Origin: Parasitella parasitica NRRL 2501 | Taxonomy: Eukaryota > Fungi > Mucoromycota | DNA: 47,338 bases | Reading direction: 5' to 3' | NCBI GenBank assembly: GCA_025201805.1 | Contig: MU619242.1 | Span: forward strand, 8,764-56,101 | Shown: in pieces, positions 23,681 through 37,145 of the stretch | Layout of the letters: every line of letters starts with the position of its first letter | Numbering within the stretch: position 1 is the stretch's first letter | Made by a program: the position numbers and the translations under genes | The notes under the pieces: generated by a model | Seen by the model: only the letters and a program-made list of their open reading frames with translations | Database searches by the model: none | What the model was told of the DNA's origin: nothing

Positions 23681-25689
23681 TGCCTGTGCCTCTTTTTTTT
23701 TTTTTTTTTTTTTTTNNNNNNNNNNTTTGTTTAGTTTTTGAAAGGCGACACAAGATGATGAGGCAGATCTATCCTTCCGCACCTTCAAGTTAAGTTCATT
23801 CTCTTGGCCTATTAGCACTTGACAACGCATTTCATGTTACCTTTGAACCTTAACATATCGATTGAGAATGCATAAGCCAATAAAACACAAATCAACCTTG
23901 TGCCTCTCCATATCTCGTACCTTTTTGTTTCTTCTCCCCAGCTATCATGATTTACTGACTTGTCCTTCAATGTTCATTCCATTGTTGTACGGATATTGAT
24001 TGCTGGGTCAAGCATTATAAATCGAACCAAATTTCTCCTTGCACCTTAAGATAACCTATAAAAAACTGCATTAATAGATCACGGCATTTTAGTATAAAAC
24101 ACTTTTGAGATGCATCAAACACTCTGCATGCAATTAGATGTTTGATTCTCTAAGCAAGAGTGTCAACAAGATGTATACATTATCATGAAATTATAGTATA
24201 TTACAAATCAACTTCAGGCTTCATCGAAAGGAGGCACAGGTTTACTGGTTTTATTTTTTTGAAGGTCTCTTCAACTTACAAGCCTATTTTAATTCAAAAC
24301 TACACATAAATACAGAAACAGCAGTGTATTAAACCTGTACCATTCACTGTGTTATTATCAGGCGCAGAACACCTTTTCCTGTCTATTTTTGTATACCGTA
24401 ATAATCTTTTTTTATTGTATGTTTTTCATGTATATTATTTCACCTCAATATCATATTAGTATCAAGTTGAGCATATGTAGCCTTGGTGTTGCATTCAGAA
24501 TGATTATTGCTTTCAAGTTTAACTAGGTGTAATGTAGCTTATAAATCTCCTTTTTGGCATCTGACGTCTGTTTCGAGATATCAAAGCACCTTCATAAAAA
24601 AACATATTAAGAAAATCTATTGTTTTCTCGCTTGATCAACTCTAAACTAAAATAGATTTAAATATTACAATTCATCATTTTGATGAAATGATAAATACAA
24701 CTTCCCATATGTCTCGCCTTAATTTGATGCTATTGCCTTGAGAGTTAAATGCGACCATAGCAATGGCTCTATAGAGCAGAATACTGCTGTTTGAATGCAT
24801 GTTATTATGTTTACCATAAAATGGTCTACACATACAATTATGTTCATAGTATGTACTGACTTGAGATAATATTACAGGATTTTTAAAAAATGTTATCACG
24901 AACTCAATATTTCTCAGAGATTCAAATGTCTAACAGTAAGGTACAAATCATTGCTTTATGAAGAATGAAACATCATTGTCAGAAATTGCTTCGAAAATAC
25001 CAAAACGGGTTTTCTCTTCTACATTTTTTTTTCGGTGCAGCTTTATAAACTAATTGTAACTAATTGTAATATATAACACGGGTTATAGCTTAATATACCT
25101 TTGACAAAGCTCTATAAAACGCAATAGAGCACGATTGAGCAGGGTTTCTTCTTCGATATGGTCCATTGTCTACTAGACTCTTATCACACAGAAATTTATG
25201 TAATAACCTCTCGGTCTCAATAAAACAAGTGTATTCTACCAAAATTTACAGTAGTTGCTAGAAAGGAGTAAATATCACCTTGACTTTTGAATATTCATAT
25301 CGTCTATGAAAAGGTAATCTTATACATATTTGGATTTTACAAAATAGTACAATGGACGTCAGAAGATGATCAGTAATGCATAATTCCACTGCCAATGGTT
25401 GAAAGTCAGAATACTTCAAACATGATCCCGTTCTGTAGCCTAACAATCGCTGGAAACGGCTGTTGATTCATAGATCTGTTGACAACATTCAAAGAAGCTA
25501 GAGATATGTTTATTTATAATTTATTTTTTTACATTTTTCTTTATGAAGGTATAAAGAAAAGAAGAGATATTTCGATTGTTACATACTCAATAGTGATCCT
25601 GAGGTCAATCAATACAACAGTTATATATATATATTGTCGCCTTAAGAGTATACGGATTAATTATACGATAAAAATGAGAGTAGGGAGAG

Positions 25690-26547
25690 TTATGAGGAAA
25701 TAACACCGAGATAATCTTCTTTAATGGTACCAATTGCAAACTGCACATGATTGATTATGAATGAGTACGCCCATTTCAATACCTACTCTGTCATTTGTAT
25801 ACTTACAATTTCAGTTGCGTCTACACGAGTACCTACCAGTTTTAATCTAACTTGCACGTCTTTTTGTATCACCTGCGAAATACACAAAGCACGATGAATT
25901 GTGTCAAATAAATGCAACATTGTCATTGCATTCTAGCGCAACTGCCACATACCTGATCCTCAGACGAATAGCATGGTGGGTTTCCATTAGCATCGAATCT
26001 CATGTCTGTGGGAATCAACTGGACGATAAAAACAACAAGAGCATTGGTGCATGGAAATCGTTGCAGTAGTGATAAACTTACATGGTTGGAAACAAATACT
26101 TGCAACGGTCCAACGTCAGCGAAAAATCCCATCTTTTTCATTAAAGTTAAACACTGGATCACTGAATCCTTTCCTCGGCAAACAGAACTATACCTTGTTT
26201 ACTGTAGTGACGACTGCATCAAGGACCTCTCCTTTGTACGGTTTAAAGACAATAGCTTGGTAGTTCACCCTGAACTCTGCTAAACCTGAACCTGGTAAGA
26301 TCTTTCCTTTGCCGATGTTATTGAGTGACAAAACAGTAATGACATATCCATATCGTCCGGTACATGTGCCTTCTACATCAGCGTATAACTTGTCTTTTAG
26401 TTGGCCTTGCATATTAGGGCCAAAATAAGAAGGATGTAAGGATATAGTGTGTGTCAATTCCTTCTACCAAATGTTCGGGATAGATGTTAATCATGTGTAC
26501 CGTTAAAGAGAGGTACAAATGCTGCATTCATTTACCAAAAAAAACAT
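25690..26547 (-). CDS. RPB7: RNA polymerase II subunit Rpb7; 6 exons
   Basis: MFFL|[16 protein letters not shown]...[11 protein letters not shown]...[14 protein letters not shown]...[17 protein letters not shown]|LIP...[12 protein letters not shown]. Confidence 0.95.
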
Positions 26548-26959
26548 GGTTTATATACTGTTGAAAGGTGTCTAGTTTTCAAATGAGAAAAAAAAAATTT
26601 TAGTTTCCAAGTAGACCAAAAAAATGAGAAATCAAGCAAACCCTCTTTTAAAGCAAATAGTCGTTATCTTTATAAATATGTACAGTGTCAAATTAACGCG
26701 TAGATAAGTTTTGTATAAGCGTCGAAAGTCCTAACAAGAGAGTTGTGGAGGATATGAGAAGAGTTGCACCAGCACAACTTCTTTGTCTGAAAGGAATTAA
26801 AAAGGTGCTGAGGAGGATGGAAAAAATCGATACATCCATCTAAATCTACGTCACGAAACGGTAGGAAGAGCTCATCTAGACGGCTCCGCAGACCACAACC
26901 TGATGATGCTTCGAGACACCGAGCGAAAAACACCTTTTCTGCATTTTTTAATTTTTAAA

Positions 26960-28354
26960 ATGTCTCATTTCAGACTGCCGAGAACAACAAGATCAATTGA
27001 CCAAGAACTACCAAATACCATTGTGTTGAATAACGACATTCTAGATACATCAGATCCCGTTCTGAACTCTCAAAGCTCTTCCGTTATCTCGGTTAATGGT
27101 AACCATAGCAGCGATACCAGTTCCAGTACCAGCAGTGGGAGTAGCATAATTTCTTTAGCAGATTCTTCGGATTCTTCGACAATTCTGGCTCCTAGACAAC
27201 CTACTCGAGCTGTAGCAGCAGACGAACGTCGTTGTTGGATCTGTTTCGGCGATAGTTTTGATTCTCAAGGGAAATGGGTAAAACCTTGCCAGTGCTCATT
27301 AGAAGCCCACCAAACCTGTTTGTTAGATTGGATTGCTGAAAACCAGAAAGCATCCCCCACAAAAAGAGTAAACTGTCCTCAATGTGCAACACCGTATCAT
27401 TTATCACAAAGTAACAGTGTTACATTGGCATTGTTAACCGTAGTCGATTCTCTTGTACGAACCAGCGCACCTTATATTACTGTTCTTGGGGTTGGATGTT
27501 CTTTGCTGTTTTCCTTTACCACATATGGTGCATATTCAGTAATGTCAGTCTTTGGGCAAAGAGATGGGGAGAGATTAATTGGCAACCCTAACCAATGGTC
27601 TTACAAAACTTGGATTGGATTGCCACTAATACCTGTAGTTCTGATCTCCACCAAAACTCGATGGGGCGACATCATTCTGCCAGTCGCAGCCGTATCTGTT
27701 CTGAGGGCAACAGGAAATAGTCCGTTACACATTAAGCCCACATGGCCTATCACGCCAGCCCTAACCATTACTCTGATGCCTTGGATTAGGTAAGCATGTG
27801 CATATCACATTAATTACTTTTCTGACAATGATAACAGCTTTCTCTATAAAAATGCATATCGACATGCACAACGCTATTTGACAAAAAATTTATCTTTGCA
27901 AGATAAACCATCGTTACCGTCCTCCTCATCAAATATATCAAACCGCCCACAAAGAGATTCCTCCAATGATATTATATCTGACAGAGAACGCAACCTTGAA
28001 TTAGATATGATCAATGGCAGGGGAACAAGCAGCATTGGAATATCTGTATTAGGAGCATTGCTGTGGCCAGCGATTAGTAGTTGCATGGGAGGGTGAGTAG
28101 ATCACAATGTTGTGTCAATCAATCAAGTATTTAAACATGCGATGGCCGATAGTGTTTTAAGTAGATCAAAGTGGATCAAAGTGAATTTTCCAGAGCCTTT
28201 CCAACGCAATGTATTGGGAGGATGTGTATTTGTAGTTGCGAAAGATATTGGGAATTTAATATACAAGTATGAGCGAATCCGGCAATATAGATCTCGTCGG
28301 GTTAAGAGCTATGAGGAAGTGATTAAAGCAACATCTCGTCGACGCCACCGTTAA
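26960..28354 (+). CDS. RING-CH (RINGv) E3 ubiquitin ligase, MARCH5/MITOL-like; 3 exons
   Basis: CWICF...WVKPCQCSLEAHQTCLLDWI...CPQC followed by TM segments, then GALLWPAIS, QRNVLGGCVFV and a basic C-terminus. Confidence 0.85.
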
Positions 28355-28648
28355 CTTTCAAGTTGATTAAAATACCGAATTACATGCTTATATAAACCCC
28401 TTCTACATTTCTTCTTTTTTTTTTTTTTTTTTTTTTTTTTGTAATCAAAAATGTCTTATAAACAGGACTTCTCATCAGAAGGCATGAGTTGAGATGGTCT
28501 ACAATAAAGACAAAGAATAAACTAAACAAGAATTTGATACTCTGACTATTGAAAGATCAAATCTAGCCTAGCCATTTTATCTTCTTGTACATTTGTATGG
28601 AATATAAAATTTTTATTTTGAGAGAAAAAAAAAAAAGGAAGCAGGTTG

Positions 28649-29899
28649 TTACTCTTCATCCATAGCATCAGAATCATCGGATTGCTTGCGCTTGGCATAT
28701 TCCTCAACAGCCTTCAAAAAAGATTTGATGTCTATAATGAATGTAAATAACTTTTTTTTTTCTTCTTCTTCTATTTTTCGTTCACTAATGTTACCATTTT
28801 CCGTGTCTAAAGATATGACTATAGAGGTCAGCGCATCATTTTGAAGGGCAAAGTCTATTGCTTGTAATCTTTGTTGAAATTGTTGACTTTGGATCAATTG
28901 GCTAATCTCTTCTGCTGATCTCTCTCTACTGTCACTGACAAAAGGGAAAAGGGCGGATCTGATATCGGAATCAGCCAAGATGGCATTGAGAGCATCTGCT
29001 TCTAAAGCATCACTTAAATCGAAGGATGCTGGCTCTTCTGGAATAATGATATCATCAAGGGTGCTGCGTAGCTCGTTCCATTTGGAAGCAGAGATGGCGT
29101 TACTCGATGCGCCTGGCAAAGATGAAGAAAGATTGCTACTGCAGACACGCTAATTAATAAAGGGCGCGATAAATCAATTACTTGATATACCTAAGACCGC
29201 CAGCATTTTGAATGAACTGCAAAAGATTATCCTGTGTCATATTCATGTCTAAATCGCCTTGGCTGCCTCCACCTAAAATTTGCATCAAATCAGAGTGAGC
29301 ATTACCTTCATATTCAAAATCAGCATCGCGGTCGCTACCATCGTTGGCTGCACTTTGAGGATCGTTGATAAGCTGATTGACACGATTTACGAGCTCTTCA
29401 TCCTTCTCGTCGTTTTTGCTTTGCATCCAATAAAACACTTTTTGACTGGACGATTTGAACTTTAAAATATAAACACGACCTGTTGTACACTCATTCACAC
29501 AGCTTAATTCTGCTTCATCAGGAAAAATAATGAAATCCTGTATTGTATTTAGTATCGATGGTATAATTGAGCAATGAATCAATACCAACATCCTCTGGAT
29601 CCGCTGCTTTACGTTCTTTCCAATAAAAATGCATCAGCTGGTCATCACTCTACAAAATAATTATTGTTCAAGATACGAAGGTTCCATTTACATCATTTTC
29701 GTGGGGATAATTACCTGATCCATATATATAACACTAATGTATGATGAAATATTAGTCTTGTATCTTTGGCTGCATATATGAGCGGTTTGGCTTACCCCTT
29801 TCTTGTATCAGGCTTCAAGGTTGAGCCGTCTCTGATGACTTTACCAGCATTAAATTCAACGAGGTGCGTGTTTCTTTGTGCAGTTGGGAAAAGACTCAT
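28649..29899 (-). CDS. RPN13: Proteasome ubiquitin receptor Rpn13/ADRM1; multi-exon
   Basis: Spliced Pru domain LVEFNAGK...PDTRKG|VIYMDQ|SDDQLMHFYWKER...ED|DFIIFPDEAE...TTGRVYILKFKSSSQKVFYWMQ, plus a C-terminal DEUBAD-like helical region. Confidence 0.92.
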
Positions 29900-30376
29900 A
29901 TTTAAACGACGTGATTTGAAAAAAGATAGATTCAAAAGCAAAAGAGTTAATACGAGAAGTTGTCATTCATGTATAAATAACTTCGCCTAGATGACGCGGC
30001 CCACTGTCAATAACAATGATTTCTGAGTTTTTCCCTCACAATGACAGCTCTTATCTAGCCTTCGCCAATGTGGCTTACGGAAATACTTGCTAGAGATGAT
30101 GCTAGCACATCAAGATGATAAATCTCATGCAGACTAAATGAAATAGAAAATGTATTGTAAATATTAAAATAGCATTACAAATGGATACAGCCCCAGATTA
30201 GGATCAAGATGTATGATTATTTTCTTTGCAGATCTGAAGATTATCCATGACGCCAGACCTCGTAACCACAAAGTGAAGAAGGAGGGAAAAAAAAAAAGCT
30301 AGCATAGAAAAGATGCCAGACAGAGGTAGTTACGAAAGTATCGAATAAGGACATTATTATTTTTGAACTAATGATA

Positions 30377-30543
30377 TTGGTTTTTAAGAGACAGCATTCT
30401 CAAAGATGAATACGACTATGAGTTTTTCAGTGATGAAGTTGATGATGAAGCTTGATTCTTGGTTTTTAAGAGACAGCATTCTCAAAGATGAATACGACTA
30501 TGAGTTTTTCAGTGATGAAGTTGATGATGAAGCTTGATTCTTG
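30377..30543. repeat. Perfect 82-bp tandem duplication
   Basis: TTGGTTTTTAAGAGACAG...GAAGCTTGATTC occurs at 30377 and again at 30459. Confidence 0.9.
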
Positions 30544-30747
30544 CTCTTTTACTTCCAAAGACACAAGTCTAATAGAATTGGGCTTTGGTTCATTGCAAGT
30601 GAATAAATTAAGCATCATTTTAGTGAACTATGAGAGCGAAGCAGAACCCCTTGGAAGGGAGGATGTCAGAGAGGAGGGAAGGGAACACGCAGACAAGTTT
30701 GTACAAAATGGATCAAGATCCCTACCAAGTCTGCACCTACCCGCTTT

Positions 30748-32157
30748 ATTAAGTATGCTTTTGCTGGTGCTGAGGTTTCTATACAAAACAAAGTTACGCA
30801 TGTTCCTCGAAGATCTGGCGCCTCGATGACTTCTGTAGCTGGTGTAAGTAAGGATCAGATTCGCCGCATGGGTAGATAAAACAGCGACGCGATGCCAAAC
30901 TGCTACTTGGGACATTCTGCATAGGCAATTCATTCGAGTGATGGCTGGATTTGCTTGACATTTGCCAAGGGCTGCTGAGGCCCCGTGCGAAGATCTACAG
31001 CAGCTCAGTTTCTTAAGCTGTTGAAATGCTTCTTGCAAGATGCTTTGTTAATGATTAAAGTGTTTCCTACCTATCCTTGTATGGCAACATGGTATCTTCC
31101 AATCTGAGCTGTTTATTGATTTCAGAGCATATATATTGACGATACGTAGCTACAATCATTTGTATTCAAATGCACCTTCTTTTGCAAAAAAAAATAGAGC
31201 CCTTGTTATTGCCAATATTGAGCCAGAGTTTTCAGTCATCGCCAACTTTGCTTTTGAAGTACAACACCAGCTAATAAACATTAAAGGAACGATCGAAGTC
31301 TCCATGTTGATTAACATTTAATCCGAATAATATCCTAGTCTTATAAAGATCGAGGAAAACTATCAATTCAAGCGCTGTATTGAAAAATATGCTACTTATT
31401 TAAGAGAAAGGAGAACTATCATTATAGTCTTATCAAATCTTATAAAGGAATAATATCCTAATCTTATAAAGATCATAGAACACCAACCTCTTGGGTTTAT
31501 ATTCGAACAATATCCTGTTCTTTATGAACAAGAAATACTATCAATATAATAATCGAATCTTTTCTAAGCAATATTCTATTCATAATTTTGAGCGAAGAAC
31601 GCTATCAAATAAGTAACAATCAAGGAACAATGCCTATCTGTTAAGATTAAGGACGCTATCCTAGTCGTTTTACTCTATAAATCATATTACTTACACCACA
31701 CCTTATGGACATAATCCAACAATTGCGACCGCCTCTTATTACTAGAATCTCTGGGTCTATTTACGCGGGGCAATTAATAAAACCAATATTTTCTTTAAGA
31801 AATATCATCTCTGGGGGACAACCTCTTCAAGTGTCTGCATCTTTGAACAATAACCTCGAGACCATTGCTCTGAACGCCTCTTCTAGACTACCACAAACGC
31901 CAATAATGCAGTTTGTTGTGCTGATGGCAAACGTGTTTCCGCATTTCGAGTAAGTCGAGATACCAAGTCTGTCAAACAGCAAATGGAAGGAGAATTAGGA
32001 ACTAAATGGAGACAAAGAGTGTATCAATTTGCAAAAGCACGTGTTTGGCACCATTAATGATTTGATAATCGATCTCAATGAATCTGTAGATGAAGTAATT
32101 GAAAAGGTGTAGTTATTAGGAATGAACCAACGTGAGCTGGCGTTAGATGATCTTGGT
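30748..32157 (+). mobile_element. Decayed Crypton (CryptonF-like) tyrosine-recombinase DNA transposon relic
   Basis: Interrupted translation KVTHVPRRSGASMTSVAGVSKDQIRRMGR*NSDAMPNCYL / LHRQFIRVMAGF / FLQDALLMIKVFPTYP.WQHGIFQS matches the Ndc10-II/Crypton YR motif (HxxR, RWN, catalytic Y). Downstream SVKQQMEGELGTKWRQ and ESVDEVIEKV resemble GCR1_C. Confidence 0.75.
31325..31670 (+). repeat. Degenerate tandem array of about 6 units of 57-66 bp inside the Crypton relic
   Basis: Units start near 31325, 31382, 31448, 31505, 31566 and 31625 with a GAAyAATATCCT-like core. Most have a CTATC motif about 30 nt later. Confidence 0.6.
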
Positions 32158-33498
32158 NNNNNNNNNNNNNNNNNNNNNNNNNNNNNNNNNNNNNNNNNNN
32201 NNNNNNNNNNNNNNNNNNNNNNNNNNNNNNNNNNNNNNNNNNNNNNNNNNNNNNNNNNNNNNNNNNNNNNNNNNNNNNNNNNNNNNNNNNNNNNNNNNNN
32301 NNNNNNNNNNNNNNNNNNNNNNNNNNNNNNNNNNNNNNNNNNNNNNNNNNNNNNNNNNNNNNNNNNNNNNNNNNNNNNNNNNNNNNNNNNNNNNNNNNNN
32401 NNNNNNNNNNNNNNNNNNNNNNNNNNNNNNNNNNNNNNNNNNNNNNNNNNNNNNNNNNNNNNNNNNNNNNNNNNNNNNNNNNNNNNNNNNNNNNNNNNNN
32501 NNNNNNNNNNNNNNNNNNNNNNNNNNNNNNNNNNNNNNNNNNNNNNNNNNNNNNNNNNNNNNNNNNNNNNNNNNNNNNNNNNNNNNNNNNNNNNNNNNNN
32601 NNNNNNNNNNNNNNNNNNNNNNNNNNNNNNNNNNNNNNNNNNNNNNNNNNNNNNNNNNNNNNNNNNNNNNNNNNNNNNNNNNNNNNNNNNNNNNNNNNNN
32701 NNNNNNNNNNNNNNNNNNNNNNNNNNNNNNNNNNNNNNNNNNNNNNNNNNNNNNNNNNNNNNNNNNNNNNNNNNNNNNNNNNNNNNNNNNNNNNNNNNNN
32801 NNNNNNNNNNNNNNNNNNNNNNNNNNNNNNNNNNNNNNNNNNNNNNNNNNNNNNNNNNNNNNNNNNNTGTGCTCTATTCAAAATCTTTGACGTATCCTAT
32901 ACCGTACTTGTTTCCTGCGAGTGTTTAAATAAAGGAGATTAACATCTTAATGTACAATGATAAGTATGTTTTCTTGGTATTATTTTCAGCTTCTTGAAGT
33001 ACATCATAAAGGTGTTTATTCATACGAAATAGTTAACTTGATCATTATTTAAAGCGAGTAAATGATTGTCTTGGTTGACACTAGATGTGTATGCCAAATT
33101 TCCCAGTAAAAAGCAATATTCTCGATTTAGAAATTTTGTGGGATTCCCTCCATATTTAGCAGGAAAAATTGCTCAAACTTAAATTGATAACTCATAATTA
33201 GCAAGTAAACAATGAAAACATGCAGACAATGAATTAGAAATCAATATAAATCAAAATATGAGAATACTATCAAAGTTATTTTCTATTTGATATTTATGAT
33301 ACATAAATACAGTATTTGATTACTAAACAATGCCAATTATTGAGTGCTCCTAATCAAAATTACCACTCGACATTTATATTTAAACTTTCTCATTAACAAA
33401 TTTGTGCTTGAAACGATAATAATTGTACAATTTATTTTTTAAAAAAAAAGCAAGAGCTAGTGAATAATAATACATAGTGTTAGGGTAGATATTTATAT

Positions 33499-34116
33499 TT
33501 AGGCATTAGTTTGTGTGCTATTGCTGATTACAAATGATCGATGCTCAGACAAAATTGTTGAACATTGAGTAAAAGGAGCTAAAGAAAATAAAATATGGTT
33601 AGACCATGTATCTATCTCGAGACAAGAACAAGGCAAACTTACCATTTCCATCAGAGTTCTTTGAGCAAAGGCGAGTAACACTACGTGCACAAGAAAATGT
33701 TGTCAATAAACAGAAACACAAATAACAAACAATCATGAACTTACTTGGCATTAATGGATAATGTGTAATTGCCATCAGGAAGACCAAGAGGGATCGACCA
33801 TGATTTATGTGCGCTATTTTTCTTGGAATAGGCATTCCATTTGACAGCTGGAAATGTGTCAATAGTCGTGTTTGTGGCATCATGGACCAAGGTTGCTGAT
33901 GTTTGCCAGATTTTTGTCATGCCAATAAAACGTACTGTTATTTGGTTAGTCCGGCATGCTATGAGTATATGGAGGTATCACCTTACCTTGGTATCTAATG
34001 TCCATGACATCTTTGGGATGGTAAATACCGTTGGTAGGAGGGCCGTAGATGAAGATTTGATCGGCAAGAACCATGGCAAAAGCAGCCAAGAAGCAGGTTA
34101 AAATACTTTTAAGCAT
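33499..34116 (-). CDS. Small secreted protein (145 aa), probable Ig-like beta-sandwich; 4 exons
   Basis: Exons 34116-33987, 33934-33745, 33680-33643 and 33578-33499 total 438 nt, all joined by GTAAG..AG introns. Product: MLKSILTCFLAAFAMVLA-DQIFIYGPPTNGIYHPKD...WSIPLGLPDGNYTLSINANVTRLC...QCST...TQTNA. Confidence 0.8.
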
Positions 34117-34740
34117 TTGGATAGATATAAAGAAGTGAAGGAATGAGAAACCAAGCGAAATGACATTCCTTGCTTTAATTTATAGCTTTTTTGTCAATGA
34201 AGCTTTTTTTGGGGGAGCGAGGGGAGCGTTTGTTTTTTTTTGACAAACTTCATTGTCTAAATTTATCTAATCAAACCCCTTTTACACATAAATTATATAT
34301 ATAAATATATATTTAAATTTGATTATCCCTTGAATTTAATATACAACTTGTATGCAATTATTTCATTTATTCTATGCTCAACTTGTGCAATCGTAATGCA
34401 GCAGGTTTCCATATTGGAGCTGTTTGAAATCACCGCCTATCTAACACGCATGAAAAGCATGATAATGAATACAACACTGGTTTAATCTGAGCTCATTGAA
34501 ACTTGTTGTGAAATGCTGTGGGCATGATCCAGTGTGCTCATGATTCTTTGTGTTATGAAGCGTGATGCTCGACAGTGACTACGGCACATTTGGATCAGCT
34601 GAGAGCAAGCAAAGAGTGTGTGTGTGTGTATCTTTGGAAGGTGGGTCATGGTCACCGCGAGTAATGCGTATTTTTTCTCTTTTTTCTTAGATTACAATCA
34701 AAACGAAACCTTTGGGGTTTATTTTATCTCCTACTGTATA

Positions 34741-37145
34741 ATGTCAAAGTCAAGGTTAATTTATTCCTCGTCAGAAGATGAAGACGAAGAGTTCACTTTA
34801 AATCCAGTTACGGAAAGCCTACGGCACCCAGAACAAGATAACTACAACCAACAATACCAGCGGCCACGGCACAACTATCCGTACCGCAACCAAGACGACG
34901 AAGATGACGATGTGCTAGAAGCGCCAAACTCCTTACTAGTAGATCCACATCAGCGCCAGCACTCACTGCCTATACCAATTACAACTTCCACTAGAGAAAG
35001 AGTGACAACCTATGATAGGACCATGTGGCGATGGGCCAATGTGGAGAATATGGACGACTTTTTCACACGAGTGTATGAATATTACCAAGGCAAAGGACTT
35101 TACTGTATATTACTAGCCAGGTTGCTGAATCTATTGTGAGTTCCACGCATTGTTGTCAAGTGTTTTGGACTCACGAAAATACATAGGACGCTGGCATTTA
35201 TCATCATTTTTTCAACATTTCTAATCGGATGCATAAACTATTCAGAAATTACATCACAACACACTTTAGCAGACGTAATTGAGCCGCAGTGTTTGTCAAG
35301 GTAAGCTAGACTCGTAAAAGTGCTCTACATGGCCTATATGACAGAAAAACACACAGACTATCCGTTACAAAGCTTCTGTTTCTATCCATATTCATCATTT
35401 GGTGGTGTTGGCAGGCTTTGCGTTTCATAACTGATTTGCCAATGTTGCGTGAAATGCACAACTTTTACACACATCTACTGCTTGTGCCAGATGTAAGTCT
35501 CTCTTGTTGAATGGCAGTCTCGTGCTAACCACCTCGACACAGCAAGACATGCAGACCGTTTCATGGCAGACTGTGCTAGAGAGAATCATCGATATACGAG
35601 AAAGCAACCCAAATACAAACGACATACGACTAACGGAGCATGATGTTGCAAGTCGAATCATGCGGAAAGAAAACTATCTCATCGCATTGTTCAACAAGGA
35701 CGTCCTCAACCTCACCATTCCGCTGCCCTATCTGCGGGATCGACACATTTTCACAAAAGACCTGGAATGGAATTTATCGTTTTGCCTACTGAGCTATGTC
35801 TTTGATTCAAGAGGCCAGATGAAGAAGCGGTTTCTCAAGGAAAAAAATAAGCATGTGCTGGTAGCAGGCCTTAAAAGGAGGTTCGTCTTTATGGGCTTGT
35901 TGAACTTGATATTGGCTCCCTTTATCTTTTGCTACTTGCTATTGCACTTTTTCTTTAGATATTTTGAGGAATACCATAAGAATCCAGGAGAGATTGGCTC
36001 CAGGATATATACGCCCTTTGCAAAGTGGAAGTTTCGTGAATTCAACGAATTGCCACACCTGTTCAAGAATCGCATTAGCCAAAGCTACGAGCATGCCAAC
36101 CTCTACATAAACCAGTTCCCCAAGGAAAAGACTGTGTTGGTGGCAAGGTAGTATACGGAGGGACAAGAGACAACAAGACAGCACGTCCCTAATTTCTCTC
36201 TCCCTTTCGCATAGATTTGCTTCCTTTCTAGCCGGGTCAGTTGCCGGTGTTTTAGCACTATTCACGCTATTTGATTCCGAGGCATTACTGAATTTCGAGA
36301 TCACATCCAATGGCACGGTATTATTTTATCTTGGTGTTACAGGCACTATCTTTGCCATTACACGTGGCATGATTCCGGACGAAAACCAAGTGTTTGAGCC
36401 AGAAAGATTACTGAGGCAAGTGGTGGAATATACACACTATTTACCCGCAGAATGGAAGCACAGATTACACACGGATCAAGTGCGCGGCGAATTTTGCAAA
36501 TTATTTGACTACAAAGTAGGGATATTTGCGCAAGAGTTGACTAGCGTTGTGTTTGCACCTCTTGTGTTGTGTTTGTCGCTGCCAGACAGCGCAGATCAAA
36601 TCGTGGATTTCTTTCGAGAGTTTACGGTGCATGTCGATGGGCTAGGCTATGTGTGCAGCTTTGCTCAGTTTGATTTCGAGCGACACGGCAATGTGAAATA
36701 CGGCGTCCAAGGTGCAGCGGTGGATGACGAGTACTACCTGAGCAATCAGGGAAAGATGGAGAAAAGCTTTCTCAATTTTAAAGCGAATAATCCTAGATGG
36801 CAGCCGAATGATATGGCCGGCTCGATGTACCTGTCAAGATTAGCAGACATGAAACACCACAAGCGCTCTGTTGTCGTTAATGACGCATCCAGCCATACAA
36901 GCAGCAGTAGCCAGAGTTCGTACAATGCGCGACCTATCGTGAAATTAAACGAGTACGGCATACCTCAGGTGATTCCAAGCAATCTCGGCGACTCATTTGC
37001 CACTACTCAAAGCAAGCCTTGGAACGCAAGAAATGATAGCGATAATGAAGAGGACGAAGAGGAGGGTTTGGAACAGCCACCAAGAGAGGGGATGATTGGT
37101 TTATTGAATCAGTTTTATGATCTGAACAACAACCCCACTGTATAA
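34741..37145 (+). CDS. ATG9: Autophagy lipid scramblase Atg9; multi-exon
   Basis: WRWANVENMDDFFTRVYEYYQGKG, HDVASRIMRKENYLIALFNK, LEWNL, WKFREFNELPHLF, IVDFFREFTVHVDGLGYVCSFAQFDF and GKMEKSFLNF. Confidence 0.95.

Noticed and set aside
23800-25690. Short ORFs in the AT-rich SAM2-RPB7 spacer
   Set aside because: Low-complexity, non-coding-like composition; probably decayed repeat DNA, but no family could be supported.
3879-29899. U12-type (minor) introns
   Set aside because: Every intron I resolved has a U2-type GT donor; no RTATCCTT donors were seen.
31325-31670. CRISPR array
   Set aside because: Eukaryotic context, highly degenerate repeats, variable unit length and no cas genes.
32075-32928. 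Long ORFs across 32158-32867 and other X-filled ORFs
   Set aside because: Artefacts of N gaps. The apparent ORF2 frameshift across 46091-46450 is also attributable to the estimated gap length.
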